Assembly: GCA_038087875.1 (NCBI GenBank)
Contig: CM075980.1
Coordinates: forward strand, 9,734,001-9,798,000
Length of the DNA stretch: 64,000 nt
Source of the DNA: Malacoraja senta
Taxonomy: Eukaryota
Direction of reading: 5' to 3'
The position numbers and the translations under genes were made by a program. This document shows, piece by piece, positions 26,601 to 41,600 of the stretch; within the stretch, counting starts at the first letter, position 1; each line of letters begins with the position of its first letter. Under the pieces are notes generated by a model. The model was not told where the DNA came from. It saw only the letters and a program-made list of their open reading frames with translations, and did not search any database.

Positions 26601-29600
26601 TTCACCAAGTGCAAGAATCATTTAGATTTTTGTTTATCACAATCAGGACAATTCTGTTGACAGTAACTTTTCTCCTTCTCCTAACCCATGCCAAATCTCA
26701 TCCTGTTTGCCCTACAATTCAAGCAATAATATCATATTATTCTCTCGATTCTGTCACATCTACTAATTCGCCAACTCAAAACCCACCTTGTCTATCTCAT
26801 TACAAACAACTACTCTTCCCTTAATCCCATTTCTTTGATTCCTGTTACCCATGGGCAGAAACCCCGGAAGGGGGGTGGGGGACACACGTCCCTCCCATGT
26901 TTTGAGAGGTGGGGGACAATCCCATGTTTTGTAATATGGATTTTGAAATTCAGTGAAAGAAATCTATTCAAATCTCTGCTTTCCACGAGACAGTGGGGGT
27001 GTCACTGTTAAGCGCTTGTTAAATGTCTCTATTAACATCGTATTAAGACTATGTGTCACCAATCGTGTTTTGACCTTCAAGCATTACTAAAGGTATTCAC
27101 GGAGAATTTCTTAAAACTGTCTGATGCGGGTACAATTATCATTTGAATTAATTGGCTGTATTGATGGATGGGAAAGATTTAAACGGTCAGGTCATTAAGG
27201 GCTCCGATGGAACGGGGGGGGTCCCTCTCCCTCTCCCCCTCCTCTCTGTCCCCCTCTCTCTTTCTCAGCTCTCGATATTATCATCCACAGGGCCCACGGC
27301 CGAAGCCCCTGAAGTCTCGCCTGTGTGTGAGCGTGCACGGCCACCAAGAAATTGTGTCCCCCCCCCCATGTTTTGATAGCGATTTCCGCCCCTGCTGTTA
27401 CCCATGTTAACATACCATTTATGGATGCCTCTTAGAAATGTCACACTCCCTTTCAAATATGTCACCACCAACCCCCTGCTCAAAAGCCCACCTTTGTCCT
27501 CTGTGCCTTGCAAACTAACCCCATTTCCAGCCACTCCTTCCTTTACAAAGTCCTTTAATGCGTTACCTCCTCCCAAATAAAAGCCCAGCTTTCTCACACT
27601 TACACGCCTAAATCTGTTCAATCATGTCCTAAACTGCATTTAACTGCAACGTCATCAAAGACAAAACTAATGCTTATTTATAATGATGGCAGATTATCCC
27701 CTTTGCAATCTTGATTTATTGTGACTGCAAACCAGATGGTGTTGGTTGTGAGTAAGGATAGGAGAGCTGCTGGAGATAAATGGGGCATTATAGCTCTATC
27801 TACTCCACAAGGTCTTTTAAAATTATAAAAGTACTTGTTCATGAATGGCTTGCCATGGTTCCAATAACAATCAAACAAACTAGCGTCAATAGGTACGATA
27901 TATGTTTGTCTAATAGTCAAAAAAAGACTCCACTTGTGGCAGCAGGGGAATGGAGAGGGCAGTACATACCATGTTCATTTATTTTAAGTTAATTCTTGTA
28001 AAAATACTATTCCAGTATACTATTCCAAATAGTTGTTAATCAAACCTGCTGACAATGTTGCTGTAAGTGCTCAAGATTAAACTGAAGCACACCATACACT
28101 CCTCCCTGCATTTCTAGATAAGTGCTGACAGCACTAGTGTCTTTCATAAGTTGAATTTAATTAACGCTTCAAACATATATTTTCTGAGGAAATTGGTGTT
28201 ATCTATTGCAGTTGACTACTCCAGGCCATATGGGCCATCTCACATTGAATTCATCAACTGATGCAGTGTTAAAGCCTTAATCTAAAACATGGATTCAGGG
28301 TACCAATTGTTGAAGAACAAGCAAACAGTCATAACGTGCTACAGGAACTTAGTGGGTCAGGGAGCATCTCTGGAAGGCATGGGTAAGTGACGTTTTGGGT
28401 TAGGACTTATCCGGCACCAGCACTTTGTGTCCTTTTTATAACCTGCAGTTCCTGTATCAGTGAACAAAAGGTCATCTGTTGATCACTTGAAATTGAGTTT
28501 GAATGCAGTGGTAGGAGAGCAGGAAGGAAGGGTGCCAGGTTCATGATAACTATAGAAAACCTGTGCCACAGATAGCTCCAGAGATATTGACCGGACTTGC
28601 GTACATGGCTAAAAACAGTAAGGAATTACTGGACAATAGTTGGGACATTTGCTGCATGTACATACTTCATCAAAGGGTTTAGTAATGTTGGTCTCCAGCT
28701 GCCAATCCATGGTCCTCCACACTTTTAAGCTCCGGTCATCAGCTTGGGATGCAATGTACTTTCCAACAGGGTCCCAGGTAAGACCCTTTACCAGGCCTGA
28801 ATGACCACGTAATGTTGCAATGATTTCTGTAAGAAAGTGTTGAAAAGCTTTCACAGCTTATTCATCCTTGAAGCTTACATTTCCAACCAATCGCAACCCC
28901 CCCCCCCCCATAACCTGTGCAACACCCATAACCTGTATGATCAACTATATTGTTGTTATACTTGAGAGTTCAAATGTCATGAGTGCAATAGATTCATAGA
29001 AAACAAATTCTACATGAACTGGAAACAAGGAATAACTTTGCTGAAAGTGAATTTTCACCACTGCCTTGTGAGAGATTCCTGTGTATACTAGTTCCAGTTT
29101 TGTCTTTACACCAATGAACATGAAACTCACCTGGGAACTTCAGGGCATTCCAGATAACAACAGTATTATCAATACTGCAGGAGGAGAGCCAAGCATCGTG
29201 GGGTGACCAGGCCAAGTCCATCACATCTGGAACATACACAGAATCCTCAGTCAGTGTACTGTACATGGAGATGTTGGTCATGCAGAGCTTATGGCAATGT
29301 TCCACTTCAGTGAACCATTCGTAATTGATAACAAAAATTTCAAATACCAACATTTTCTTGGTAAGCTATGGTGGAAATTTTGGATGAAGTGCTTAACCAT
29401 TCTCAAACCTAGAATGAAAAGTGGGTGGGAAGAGTAAAGAAAGAAGTTATGAAGAATATGAAGGAAGGTTAAGAAGGAGAGAATAAGACTAAAAAGGTAC
29501 TGACAAGTATGTTGATATTGAACAATTTGTTGAACAAGGTGAGCTAATCAGGATGAATGGATAGTGGGCAGTTTGGACAGAATATAACTTTGGACTGTGT

Positions 29601-32600
29601 GAGATCTGTTGGTAGATAGATTTTGAGAAAGATGGCAAGACAAAAAAAAAGTAAGTTGTAAGCTTGGGATAGATGTGGAATTTGCATAATGTTCTCTCAT
29701 CACAACTTTGAAAGAAAATTGGTGGAATCTCTGAAAAATAAGATGTAGAAACAAGGAACTTCAGATGCTGGTTTACAAAAAAAGATACAGAGTGCTGGAG
29801 TAACTCAATGTGTCAGGCAGAATCGCTCGAGAACATGGAAAAGTGATGTGTCAGATCGGGACTCTTCTTCAGACTGCATTTTTCGCTGATAACATGAAAT
29901 GTCCACTATAGACACAAATCAGTTTCACTGAGATTTCTGTCAAACTCCTAACCAGCAAATTTGAAATCATAATTCCATCCTAAGAACGGAAATCCCTACA
30001 TGATGATCATGACAACATGTGCAATTACTTAGAGCATGAAATAATACAAGACCATGAAATAATTGAGGAAGACCATTGGATATCATTCTGAATGGTTCAC
30101 AAATGGTAATAGTACAAATGACGGGACAAGAAAGCGAATTGAAGTGGAAATAGTGACATTGAAAATAGACAAATAAAAAGTTTAAGGTGGTACACTGGAA
30201 ATTAGCTGATTTCAGTAGCGGAGATGGGACATCTCAGGTCATTGCAATGTCACAATAAACAATATTAGATTGAACACAATAGGTGCTCTTTAATAACAAT
30301 TTAAATAAGGTAAAAGTTTCATAGATTCCAATTGGATATAGAATGCAGGTGTGGATTCATTGACAGGAGAGATAAAGCTAGAAAATATTTGATACAAACA
30401 ACAAAAGTTATAAGACAAAGTTAAAAGAATTACAAAGGTTATAGAAAAACAAACAAAATTAAGAATGTTTATATTAAGCTGGCAAAGTATGTAAAATAAG
30501 TATTTTAAAAATGCGCAAATGGATAGACAAAGAGGAGGATCATTTAGACCCAAAGAGCCAGCTGTACTTGAAATTCCTGGATATGTTCATTTTATCATTT
30601 AAATCATTTTTATGGAGGAATCTGAATGCAAGACGGTAGAAAAATGAACAGGATATAGAAGAGTTAGTATTTAAAATAAATAGGACAATTCACTGAAATT
30701 AATTGGTCTTGTTCTGTCCAAACAACAATAGCACAGACATCCATTCTGATTAGTTGATCTTGTTTCCTGCCTCTTTTCAATTGCGTTCTACACTCAGTTA
30801 GCACTACACACTGATAACTCTGAAATTATGAGGGGTTGCAAATGATCAAACAACATACAAAATTTGACAGCTTTCAAGAAGACAACAACAGGTAATTTGT
30901 CAAAAGTCAGCAAAGTATCAAAATGAATGGAGAAGAAAGTGTGAATATTTCTCAAATCTAGAACTGTAATAATATTAACCACTTTAATGAAACTTCATTT
31001 ATGGAGATCCAATTCAGAGTTTAAATCTAAATAAATAGTAGAAATATTTAGATGATGCATATGAGAAGGACAAGGAGACCAGTCCCAATTCCATGATGCA
31101 AGAAATGTTTGAAATGGAAAACCATCTTTTGCTTCCCCAAATCGTGAGGACAGATAGAACATGACCTTAAACTCTTACCTCCTGTATGGCTTCTGAGAAT
31201 AGAAACACACCTCCACTGCTCCACATTAGCTAGCTTGCTACTGGAGCCAAAGACATTGCTTGGCCCAATATATCTGTAGGAAATAGTCACACAGTTGTTA
31301 TACATTTTTTTAAACATGTGAATTTAAAGAATGTTAAAACATTTTATACATTGTTATGACAATTTATTAGACACAAAACAATGCCTGATCTCATTTCAGA
31401 AAGCAAGTGCACTTGCAGTTTTGTGTTGCCAGTATTTATTTACTCATTTGGTTGTCACAATAAACACAGTAGATTTTAGATGTATTAGATTAACTGGTAA
31501 TATAAACCTTACAACAATATGAAAAACCTTTCTTTCTGTACGGTGTAACATTGATTCATTAGTTCCCTATGCAAATCCACATTTGCCTTTGAATCTTTCT
31601 TGGACATCATTATTTTGGATATATCAAAAAGCAGCTAATTAGGTCTGACTGACATACTTACGCAGCTCTCTTCCACAACATTATCAGTTTATCATCTCCA
31701 CCCGATGCCAGGTACAACCCATTATTAGACCAACGAACACAGTTTACACAGGCTGCAAAAAAACAGAGACAAGCTCTGTAATTTACTGTTTGTATGCAAG
31801 AATACATAGAACACAACATTTAAAAAAAAGTATAGCCAAGTGTTCAGGATGTTTACCCTGTGTGAGTGACTTTACAATGTAGGCCAAGACACTTTCACAT
31901 TGAATCCCATGTCAGTTGTGATAAAAGAGACCCTCTGATTGTGTTTCAGTGCCCACATTACAGAGAAATTAGCCAAAATGTGAAATAAAATGACTTCGCT
32001 TTCATTTAGTACAATTAAAGATGTCATTTAATCTGATTAACGCACAGTCCAGATGAAATTATAAAGTGGTAGAAACAGCAATCTCAAAAATTGCAGTCTT
32101 TTTTTTTGTTTGGGGAGAATTTAATAACATTTCTTGTCATTCTACTGGGCTACTGACATTGAAAGAAGATTTTTAAAAAGTTAAAAATGGCTAGTGAAGT
32201 AGCCTACGTATAAAAAACTGCCTGAAGAATTCAGCCAGTCATGCAGTATGTGCAAGAAAAGGGATGATTGATATTTCAGGTCATGACCCTGCACTAGGAC
32301 TAAAAGCACAGAGGGAAGAAAGCCAGTGTATAGAAGTGAGAGGTGGGGGTGTGAAACAGAGGCTGGTTGGTGATAGCTGAAATCAGATGAGGGTGTGATG
32401 GACAAATGGAGTAGGCAGTGGAAAGGAAGAAATTGCTCAAAGGGGGTGGTAGGTGATAATTGTAACCAGATAAGGGAGGGATAAAGGGCAGATGGGGCCA
32501 GGTGGGGAGGTAGATAACTTGGCAATGAGGTTGGAGGAATGGAAAAGGTGAAGAAAGGTAGTGATACTGGGTGGACTGATGTGATTGGGACAGATACTCT

Positions 32601-35600
32601 TGGGGAGTTGGTTACCGGAAACAGGAAAATTCAATGTTTATTGTTTTAGTAGCTTTGGCCATATGAAGTGACGGTTTTAATTTATATCTGAAGATTTAAT
32701 AGTAACTCACAAAAAGTAACCAAACACCACACCAACAAAATAAATCAACTTTCCACAACCCTCTGAATGGAGTACCATTTTTTGAGGACTGTAATGAGTG
32801 AATGATCATTAAATATACAGCAATATATTTGTGAAATTCTAAAGAAGCTTTCCATGTATATTTTATATGTACCCAGATGGTTATCCATTTGGCAGAGCAT
32901 TTTGGGGATAGCTTCGTTCTTCTCATCCTCCTCTCGAACAACTGGTGGCATATTCCATATGACAACTTTCCCCGAGTCCTCCCCTGCAGACAGAACAGAA
33001 ATAATGAGCTTTCTGTATTTGATCAATTAAGTCTTAGATATAAAAGAACTCTAGCAAACAATTGTTTGATTTAGGAATGATCAGGAATGACCTTATTGCA
33101 TGAGAAATGGAAACCTACATCTAGGCCACCTAATCAAATAAANNNNNNNNNNNNNNNNNNNNNNNNNNNNNNNNNNNNNNNNNNNNNNNNNNNNNNNNNN
33201 NNNNNNNNNNNNNNNNNNNNNNNNNNNNNNNNNNNNNNNNNNNNNNNNNNNNNNNNNNNNNNNNNNNNNNNNNNNNNNNNNNNNNNNNNNNNNNNNNNNN
33301 NNNNNNNNNNNNNNNNNNNNNNNNNNNNNNNNNNNNNNNNNNGAGACACTTTTAAGAAGTGTAATAAAGTTTAGCGGGCATTTAACCTACCGGTCGGTTT
33401 TCCTCGGTCCTGAAAACTCCAATGAGCCAATTAAACTGCCCGGTCAGCATAGGAGATTGCCTCGGGCTGCCCTCGACTGCCTGTAACTACATAGCGACCC
33501 CACTCCACTACGAGTTAAAAAGAACCATGGCGACCATTTTCTCCTCTCGGAAATTTTTTCAACGTGCTGAAAATTTTTCCTCGACCCAGCTGAGGCTGCG
33601 GGTATGCGGGAACTTCCCTCGAGCATGAAGGAGAGTTCCAGTGACCTCATAGGACCTCCTAGGACCACGTGTTGACCATGCTGCGAGTTTGAGTCGAGGG
33701 CAAGCTCTTCTAAACTCGCAGATTAGGTCGCCACAGTGGGACAGACCTTTAAATACGCCCTCTAGTGTTGGTCATTTCCACCCTAGGTAAAAGGTTCTAA
33801 CTGTCTACTATGCCTCTCATAATTTTGTAAACTTATAATGAGTCTCCCCTCAACCTCTGACGTTCCAGAGAAAACAATCCAAATCTATCCAACCTCTCCC
33901 TGCAGTTGAAACCCTCTAATGCAGGCAGCATTCTGGGAAACCTCCTCTAAACCCTCTCCAAAATCTCCACATCTTTCCTGTAATGGGGCGACCAGAACTG
34001 CACACAATACTCCAAATGCAGCCTAACCAAAGTTCTATAGAGCTGCATTGTGACTCTTCCTGACATATTCAATGCACCTGTAAATTGCTCGCTTATAAGC
34101 TTCCCCCCAGACTAGTTTCAGTAAAAACACTGAATTAAGCACTTGAAACAAGCAAATTTTATTTTAACAAAAGCGCATTACAGTTCAACTACTGTACCTA
34201 TCCCACCGTGGGTTTGATCCTTGTATCTGCCTGTTCAAGCCTTCTGGGCCTCGCTCAGAGACACTCCAGAACTTCACGCAGTCCCAAGCGCTCTCCCAGA
34301 AGATCGACGCTGGACCTTGTGGCATCGGACTTTTATATGTCCCGGGACCTCGAGGGGCCGAACCACATGGGGGTGGTCTCTTAATAATCCAATTACAGAT
34401 ATAGATTAACCCCATACATAACAGACATTTCCCTACCCCAATAATACAGCAGCTCAATACATTGTATTCAAACCGGAATTCGCAAGGAAGCCAACTTAGA
34501 AACATTTACCCTGATCTGCCAGAAACCCAGACAAGGCTCAATACTTCATCCAATCAACACTCGGCAAAGTAGAACTCTGCAACTATTTACAAATATTTAC
34601 AAGGTGTATGTCTGGTTTGCAGCCATCCAATCCATTCTATGCATTTTGCACCTAACTGACAGGGTCTGCAGATGTTCTTATTATTTTCTTGCAAATTGTA
34701 TCTAGGCTCTACACACTGGTACCATTCCGCAGCTTGTCCCAGCTCTGCAGAGAGCAATTCCAAATTGACCAAATCTCCCAGCAGCCCTGAAGCTTTTACC
34801 ACATTTAGAAGTCCTAGCCTCTCCAATTTGGCCAGGATTAGCACACCTCGCAATCAAGGCAAGCATACCATAGGCCTTTTTTTTTTAAACCCCCTATCAA
34901 TTTGTGCTTCCACCTTTAGTCAGCTATGAACTTGGACTCCAATATTCCACTGCACATCAATGCTGTTAATGGTCTCGCCATTAACTGTATACTCCCTCAA
35001 TCTCCATTCAACCTCCAAAAGTGAAACACCTCACCCTTGCTTGGGTTAAATTCCATCTGCCATTTATTTCTCTGCCCATCTCTGCAGCTGATCTCTATCC
35101 TGCTGTTTCTTCTGACACTTTTCCTTGCTGTCTGCAACTCCCCCGATAATGATTCCACGACTCTATTTCTTGTTTTAATAAAACTGTTGATTGGTACAAG
35201 TGTGATCTCCCCTACTCTTCAAGTACTATCATTAGATTATTTACATCTACCCAAGGGGCTCAATGTATCAGCCAAGAGATAGTATCATTCAGCTGTATCA
35301 CCATACCTTGAGTGAATCCTAAGCAATTGCTTGTTAGAAAGCTTCCACCCTCATAAATTAAGGATTTGGATTCTAATCTTTCAAAACAAATCGTAATGAA
35401 ATACTTATGGAATTCTGTTGAGCACACCACTCCCATACAGACATACCATTATAGAAACATAGAAACATAGAAAATAGGTGCAGGAGTAGGCCATTCGGCC
35501 CTTCGAGCCTGCACCGCCATTCAATATGATCATGGCTGATCATCCAACTCAGTATCCCGTACCTGCCTTCTCTCCATACCCCCTGATCCCTTTAGCCACA

Positions 35601-38600
35601 AGGGCCACATCTAACTCCCTCTTAAATATAGCCAATGAACTGGCGTCAACTACCCTCTGTGGCAGAGAGTTCCAGAGATTCACCACTCTCTGTGTGAAAA
35701 AGTTTTTCCTCATCTCGGTCTTAAAGGATTTCCCCCTTATCCTTAAGCTGTGACCCCTTGTCCTGGACTTCCCCAACATCGGGAACAATCTTCCTGCATC
35801 TAGCCTGTCCAACCCCATAAGAATTTTGTACGTTTCTATAAGATCCCCTCTCAATCTCCTAAATTCTAGCGAGTATAAGCCAAGTCTATCCAGTCTTTCT
35901 TCATATGAAAGTCCTGACATCCCAGGAATCAGTCTGGTGAACCTTCTCTGCACTCCCTCTATGGCTATAATGTCCTTCCTCAGATTTGGAGACCAAAACT
36001 GTATGCAATACTCCAGGTGTGGTCTCACCAAGACCCTGTACAACTGCAGTAGAACCTCCCTGCTCCTATACTCAAATCCTCTTGCTATGAAGGCCAACAT
36101 ACCATTCGCTTTCTTCACTGCCTGCTGCACAAATATTTGTCTCTTCAAAAGTAGTACAACACAATATTCAGTCTTCCCTCACCAAGTAGACGACTGCAAT
36201 TTTACAACAAAGGAAAATATTTGGCACACTGTGTAGTTGCTCATTGAAAAGAAGCTACCCAAATACTCCCACTTTCCAGCACCAGGTTTGTCGCTGTGCA
36301 GGCAATGGCGCTTCAAATACATCCTATTAATTCTCAATGCAGTGAAGGGTTGTGCCTTTATCACCCTTGCAGGCAGCGATCTCCAAGTTCCATCACCCTT
36401 TGGGGGAAAGGTTTTTCTCATATCTCCTGGAATCTCAATTTAAATCTATACCCCTTGCTTCTTGATATCCCTGCTATTGAGATAGCACCTTCTTTAAGTC
36501 AGCACTCAACATGTTTAAAACAACCTCATCATATGCAATTTCTTCTCAGAGCCAAATTTTTCAAGTCATGGCAAGACCTTTACAAATCACCTCTGCGTCA
36601 TTACCGGTGCATCACAACTTTTCTGGAATTACGTGTCCAGAACAGTACTCAGAATTCCAGCAAGACACTGTCTACAGACCGCATATCACTTCCTTGCAGG
36701 CCTCATCCAAAATGTTGTGGTTATTTAACTAATGAAAACAAAGATTTGTATTTGTACAGTGCTCCAACAAACAAAATATCCCAGACAACTTCAAGGCAAC
36801 TTCTGACAATCATCATGAAGTGCTTCAAGAGGCTAGTTATGATGCACTTTTACTCTAGCCTCCCAGACAACCTTGATCCATGCCTACAGTTTGCCAACAG
36901 GCATAAATATCACCAACAATTTGTCCTGAACCAACCCACTTGAAGCTACGGGTAAAAGAGCACACCAACACCTCTACTTCCTCAAAAGACTAAGGAAGTT
37001 TGGCATGTATCCAACGAATCTTATCATCTTCTATACATGCATTGAAGAAAGCCTACTGCTGGGTTACATCACAGCTTAGTTTGGCAACAGCTCTGACCAA
37101 GACTGCAAGAAATTGCAGAGAATTGTGGATGTAGCCCAGTACATCACACAGACCCGCCCCAATCCACATTTTCGCCCGTCTATGTCCCATGCACCCTGGA
37201 CTAAATCAACGTTTCATGCTGTCCTAGGAAAGCAGCCAAACATAATCAAAGACCTTTTTCACCCTTAGTGATTTCCTCTATCAAGTAGAGATACAAAAGC
37301 ATGAAAGCACAGACCACCAGATTCAGGAATAACTTCTTCCCCGCTGTTATCAGAGCTCTGAATAATCCTCACATAAACTAGGATGTCATCCCGATCTACC
37401 AACCCAAGTCATTGAGAACCTTGGAATTTTTCTCTGCAACTATTCACTATTACTGTTGTAATACTACATTCTGCACTCTGGTATTTTTCCCTTTGCACCA
37501 TCTGTGGTACTTATATGTGGCTTTATTTTACTCGTCTATCATTTCATTGTCCTATCTGGGACACATGACAATAAACTCTTGACTTGACTTGTTTTGACCG
37601 ATTAGCTTGCAAACAAAGCTTTTCACTGTGTCTCAGTACACATGGCATTAATAAAGCATCACAAATACCAAGAGGAATAGGTCAGATAGAACTAAGAAAT
37701 ATTACTCATAGCTCCTTCTGTAATAATCCAGATTAATACTTTCAAATGAAAATATTATTTATGGGCTTTTAAAATCAGAATATTTTCCCTTCTTACTGAC
37801 AACTTAAAGCAAAGTAGCCAGTACAAAAAGACATCAACTGATCATATGGGAAAAAAAACATGCCATTAATTTAGGAAGGTAACAAATACAAACTCTGAAA
37901 TCCTTGTGAAGCCAGTTTAAGATGCCAACCATGATTGAAAATACTAAATCAAACTTTATAAAACACTCATAACAGTCCATACAAAATTCACTGATCCATT
38001 TACAACCGTGATTATAAATTGGTCATTCGTTTAAATGAGTGTAGCTGTTAACATTCGGACAATAAACGTTGTTGCCGATGAACATCTAACAATATTCCAT
38101 ACAGAGAAATACTAATACTGGACTACTTTAAGAGCTTACAAATCAGACAACTTACCAACCAATCACACTTGCCAAGGATGATTAACCAATAACACAATGC
38201 TTGTCCATGCAAACGAATGCACTTAAAATACAGTGACATTGCCTGAAAATCTACAATAAAATCAATACTTCAGATGCCAATCAGCAACAATTAAGGAACA
38301 ACCTGTCAGGAACCTAAAATATCCTTAAACCTGCAGCAAGGGGTAAAACATTATTTCAAGTTTCATAGACAAATACATGCTGGTGACAAGTTTTAAGCCC
38401 AAGGTTGTTGAAACACCAAAGTATAAATAAGAAAGATTCAGTTTTGTTTAGTCACGTGTACCGAGGTATAGCGAAAAGCTCACCTGAAAGTGTAAGTTCT
38501 CACAGTGCCAAGTATGGCTGCCATTTCTCATTACCTCATCCATGTAAAAAAATCCTCACAATGCAAGGCTCAACTGTGAACTTTGTCTAAGTTTATTATT

Positions 38601-41600
38601 GTCACGTGCACTGAGCTATTGTGAAATGCTTTTGTTGCGTTATTGTGCTATCAAATCAAATAGTACTATGCATAAATATAATCAAACTCAAGTACGATAG
38701 GTCAACACATGTATCAGATGATAGTAGATCCTTCTCTGAAAAGCATGCAAAGAGTCACCACACCTGGAAAGATATTCCACCAAGGTTACTGAGATAAGAA
38801 ATCCCAGCTCATTTTGATCGTAACCCAATAACATTTTCAGTACAAATTTCTAAAAACTGGAATTGGGGTTTTGGCGGATTTTTTAAATCCCCAACTGTCT
38901 CCCCACAGTACTGTCCAACACATTCTGACATGAAGACCAATGAAGTTGTGCTCTCATAACCCACTCCACAACCCACATACTTTGCTCTCGATTAAGGATC
39001 AACAACACAAGATATCAGTTTGGCTCAGTTGGCAGTTAATTGCATTCCTGCAAATTGGTCCCACTAGTGTTACTAATGGCAGAATTCTAACCAATATTTT
39101 GTTCTGGGATTGCAAATCTCAGCCACAGCACGTTTTTGACCATGTTCAGGTTGAAGCTAAAACGGTGCAAAATTTCAAAGATGTCAAATAACAAGAGTTT
39201 GCAACCAAGAATATTAATTAATACAGTCTTACATTTTAAAAGAACAAACTTGACTTGAATTCCAGACCCTCCCTTAATTTTTTAACCTTATCCTACCCCA
39301 TGTGACAATTAACCAGTATTGAGTTTTCCCTTCTTGAACATTGTACCTTCCTTTACCCCAACTATAGATGCCATGCCTTCAGCATTCTCCTCAAAACACT
39401 GCAACCTCCCTGTCTGCTAAGAATCTCCATAAAGCCAAGGTATGATTGAACCTTTGGACAACTTTTCTCATGACTCTCTTAGCACGCAACAAAAGCTTTT
39501 CACTGTACCTCGGTACACGCGACCATAAACTAAAACTGACTCTCTTGCCTAGACATCCATACTTTTCTTTTCCCCTTGCACATATGATGAATCTTACAGC
39601 ATGTCATGTTAAAAGGAAGTTGTTAATACAACACAGCAATGATAGTCTAGTGAAATAACTACTGCAGAAAACAACATGTTCCAAGTGGAACTTACTTTTT
39701 CAATCCTTTTCTGAGGCTAAGCTATAGTTAACATTAAGCAACACTCAACAACATAAATAATATGGTTTCAATGGATTATAAAGCACCAATCCCATCAACA
39801 ATTTCAAATGCTTCATAGATCACTAGATTCACACTTCTTTAGCCATCACGCCCTCAGATTTGGTTATTGTTTGCAATCTTCTCGAAGCTATCATGTGCAA
39901 GTCTGTTTTGGTTACACTGTCACAGGATTTGACTGAACATCAAGAGTCAAATGTTAAATTTCTCTTATCTTCTTGCACAGTTGGGAGTTACATTAACTGT
40001 TTGATGCAAGTATTGATTTAAAGAATGTCCGACATTTACAAACAACAGAGAACCACTCATTTCTCTTCTGTTCGTTCAGCTGTGACGAGTCTGTATTAAT
40101 TCACTCCATTGGCATGCCTGTTAACTAGCATAGCTACTTCAGCCACTTCTAAACCTTTCTGTAGGCCAAGTCACTCCTGCCTTTGTTTGCCTAACACTGC
40201 CTTTTCTCCCTCTGCTTCCAATCTACTCCTGTTAATCCTAAAAAGGAACTGTGCAGTATTCAGAAAAGAAGCATGATGCCGAGATTCAAATTAATATTAA
40301 AACTAAGCATGTTGAATTGAAAATGGACAAAGAAAATTTGCAAGTATAGCTCTGCTCCATTTTAACTGTTTTAAATGTTTCACAGGTTACCTAAACAGAA
40401 AAAATGTCAAAATGTTAAAAGACCAAAAGCAAAATCTTAAAGCAATAAAACTAGGATATATCAGCATGCTGATTAAGCTGCTGTATGTATAAATATTAAA
40501 CCAATATACTACCTGCCATCACCCTGACACCAAATTAAGACACAAAGATATCCCGTCAAGAACAGAAACCATTGGACAGGTGACAACTCAAGCAACAACT
40601 TGGCCGTCAGAACCGCACTATGACATCCATCACTCAACATCCTGTGTGTAGGAAGGAACTGCAGATGCTGGTTTAAACTGAAGATAGACACAGAAAGCTG
40701 GAGTAACAGCGGAACAGGCAGCATCTCTGGAGAGAAGGAATGGGTGACGTTTCAGGTCGAGACCCTTCTTCAGCACTGTTGAACAAGTTGGCCCCTTCAG
40801 AACCACCACCATCACACCCAATATGTATTTCCCTGTATTGTGCCAATGGCAGGATCAACCAACTGGAGAGGCCAGTTCAGCATACAACATGGAGTCACCC
40901 TGCGAATCCTCAACATCAAGTCTGTACTCAACAAACCTGCTGACGGTTCAGTAGCAGCACTGTTGAACAAGTTGGCCTCGACCTGAAGAATGCAGCTACA
41001 GAGTAGGGCAGTGGCGGATGATGAAAGAACCAATATTGGAAGAAAGCTACTCAAACCTTGCATTTGTGACTAGTAATGAGATAAGAACATCTGATATTAT
41101 TGGAAGGAACAATTGCCTTACAATCTTTATGGGGACAAAATTTCATGTTTACTTTGAAGATTATCTCCATTATGTGGCCTGGCATTACATATGTGCTAAA
41201 TATGATAGGTTCAGGGCAGATCTAACAAGATAGATAAATGAAAGACATTGCTGGTTATGAAATTATATTCTTGCATAATCTTTATTCTCATGGCCTCAGA
41301 TGATCCCCCAATACACTATTATCACATAAAGTCCAAGACCATGCCAGGAGTAGTCAGACAAACCTAAAAATGGCTATTTGGTGAAGTCATCCCACAGACC
41401 ACAGCCATGTTAAATAGAGAAAGCAACAGAAGGGAGACAGCATAAGTGATCATGGAGCCCATGGATCAGATTAATGCTCTGTACACCTGCAAATCCAGAC
41501 AAGTCACTTGTGCTGGATAACCAAGAACTGTTGAGAAGTATAATCTCAGAAAATTACTTTCAGCAACCAACTTCTGCAAGCCTTGTAAATGATCGATTGT

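Noticed and set aside
33087-33374. ORFs containing X runs
   Set aside because: Artefacts of the N gap.
36296-36943. 215-aa ORF
   Set aside because: Chance fusion of decayed CR1 and Rex1-type fragments.
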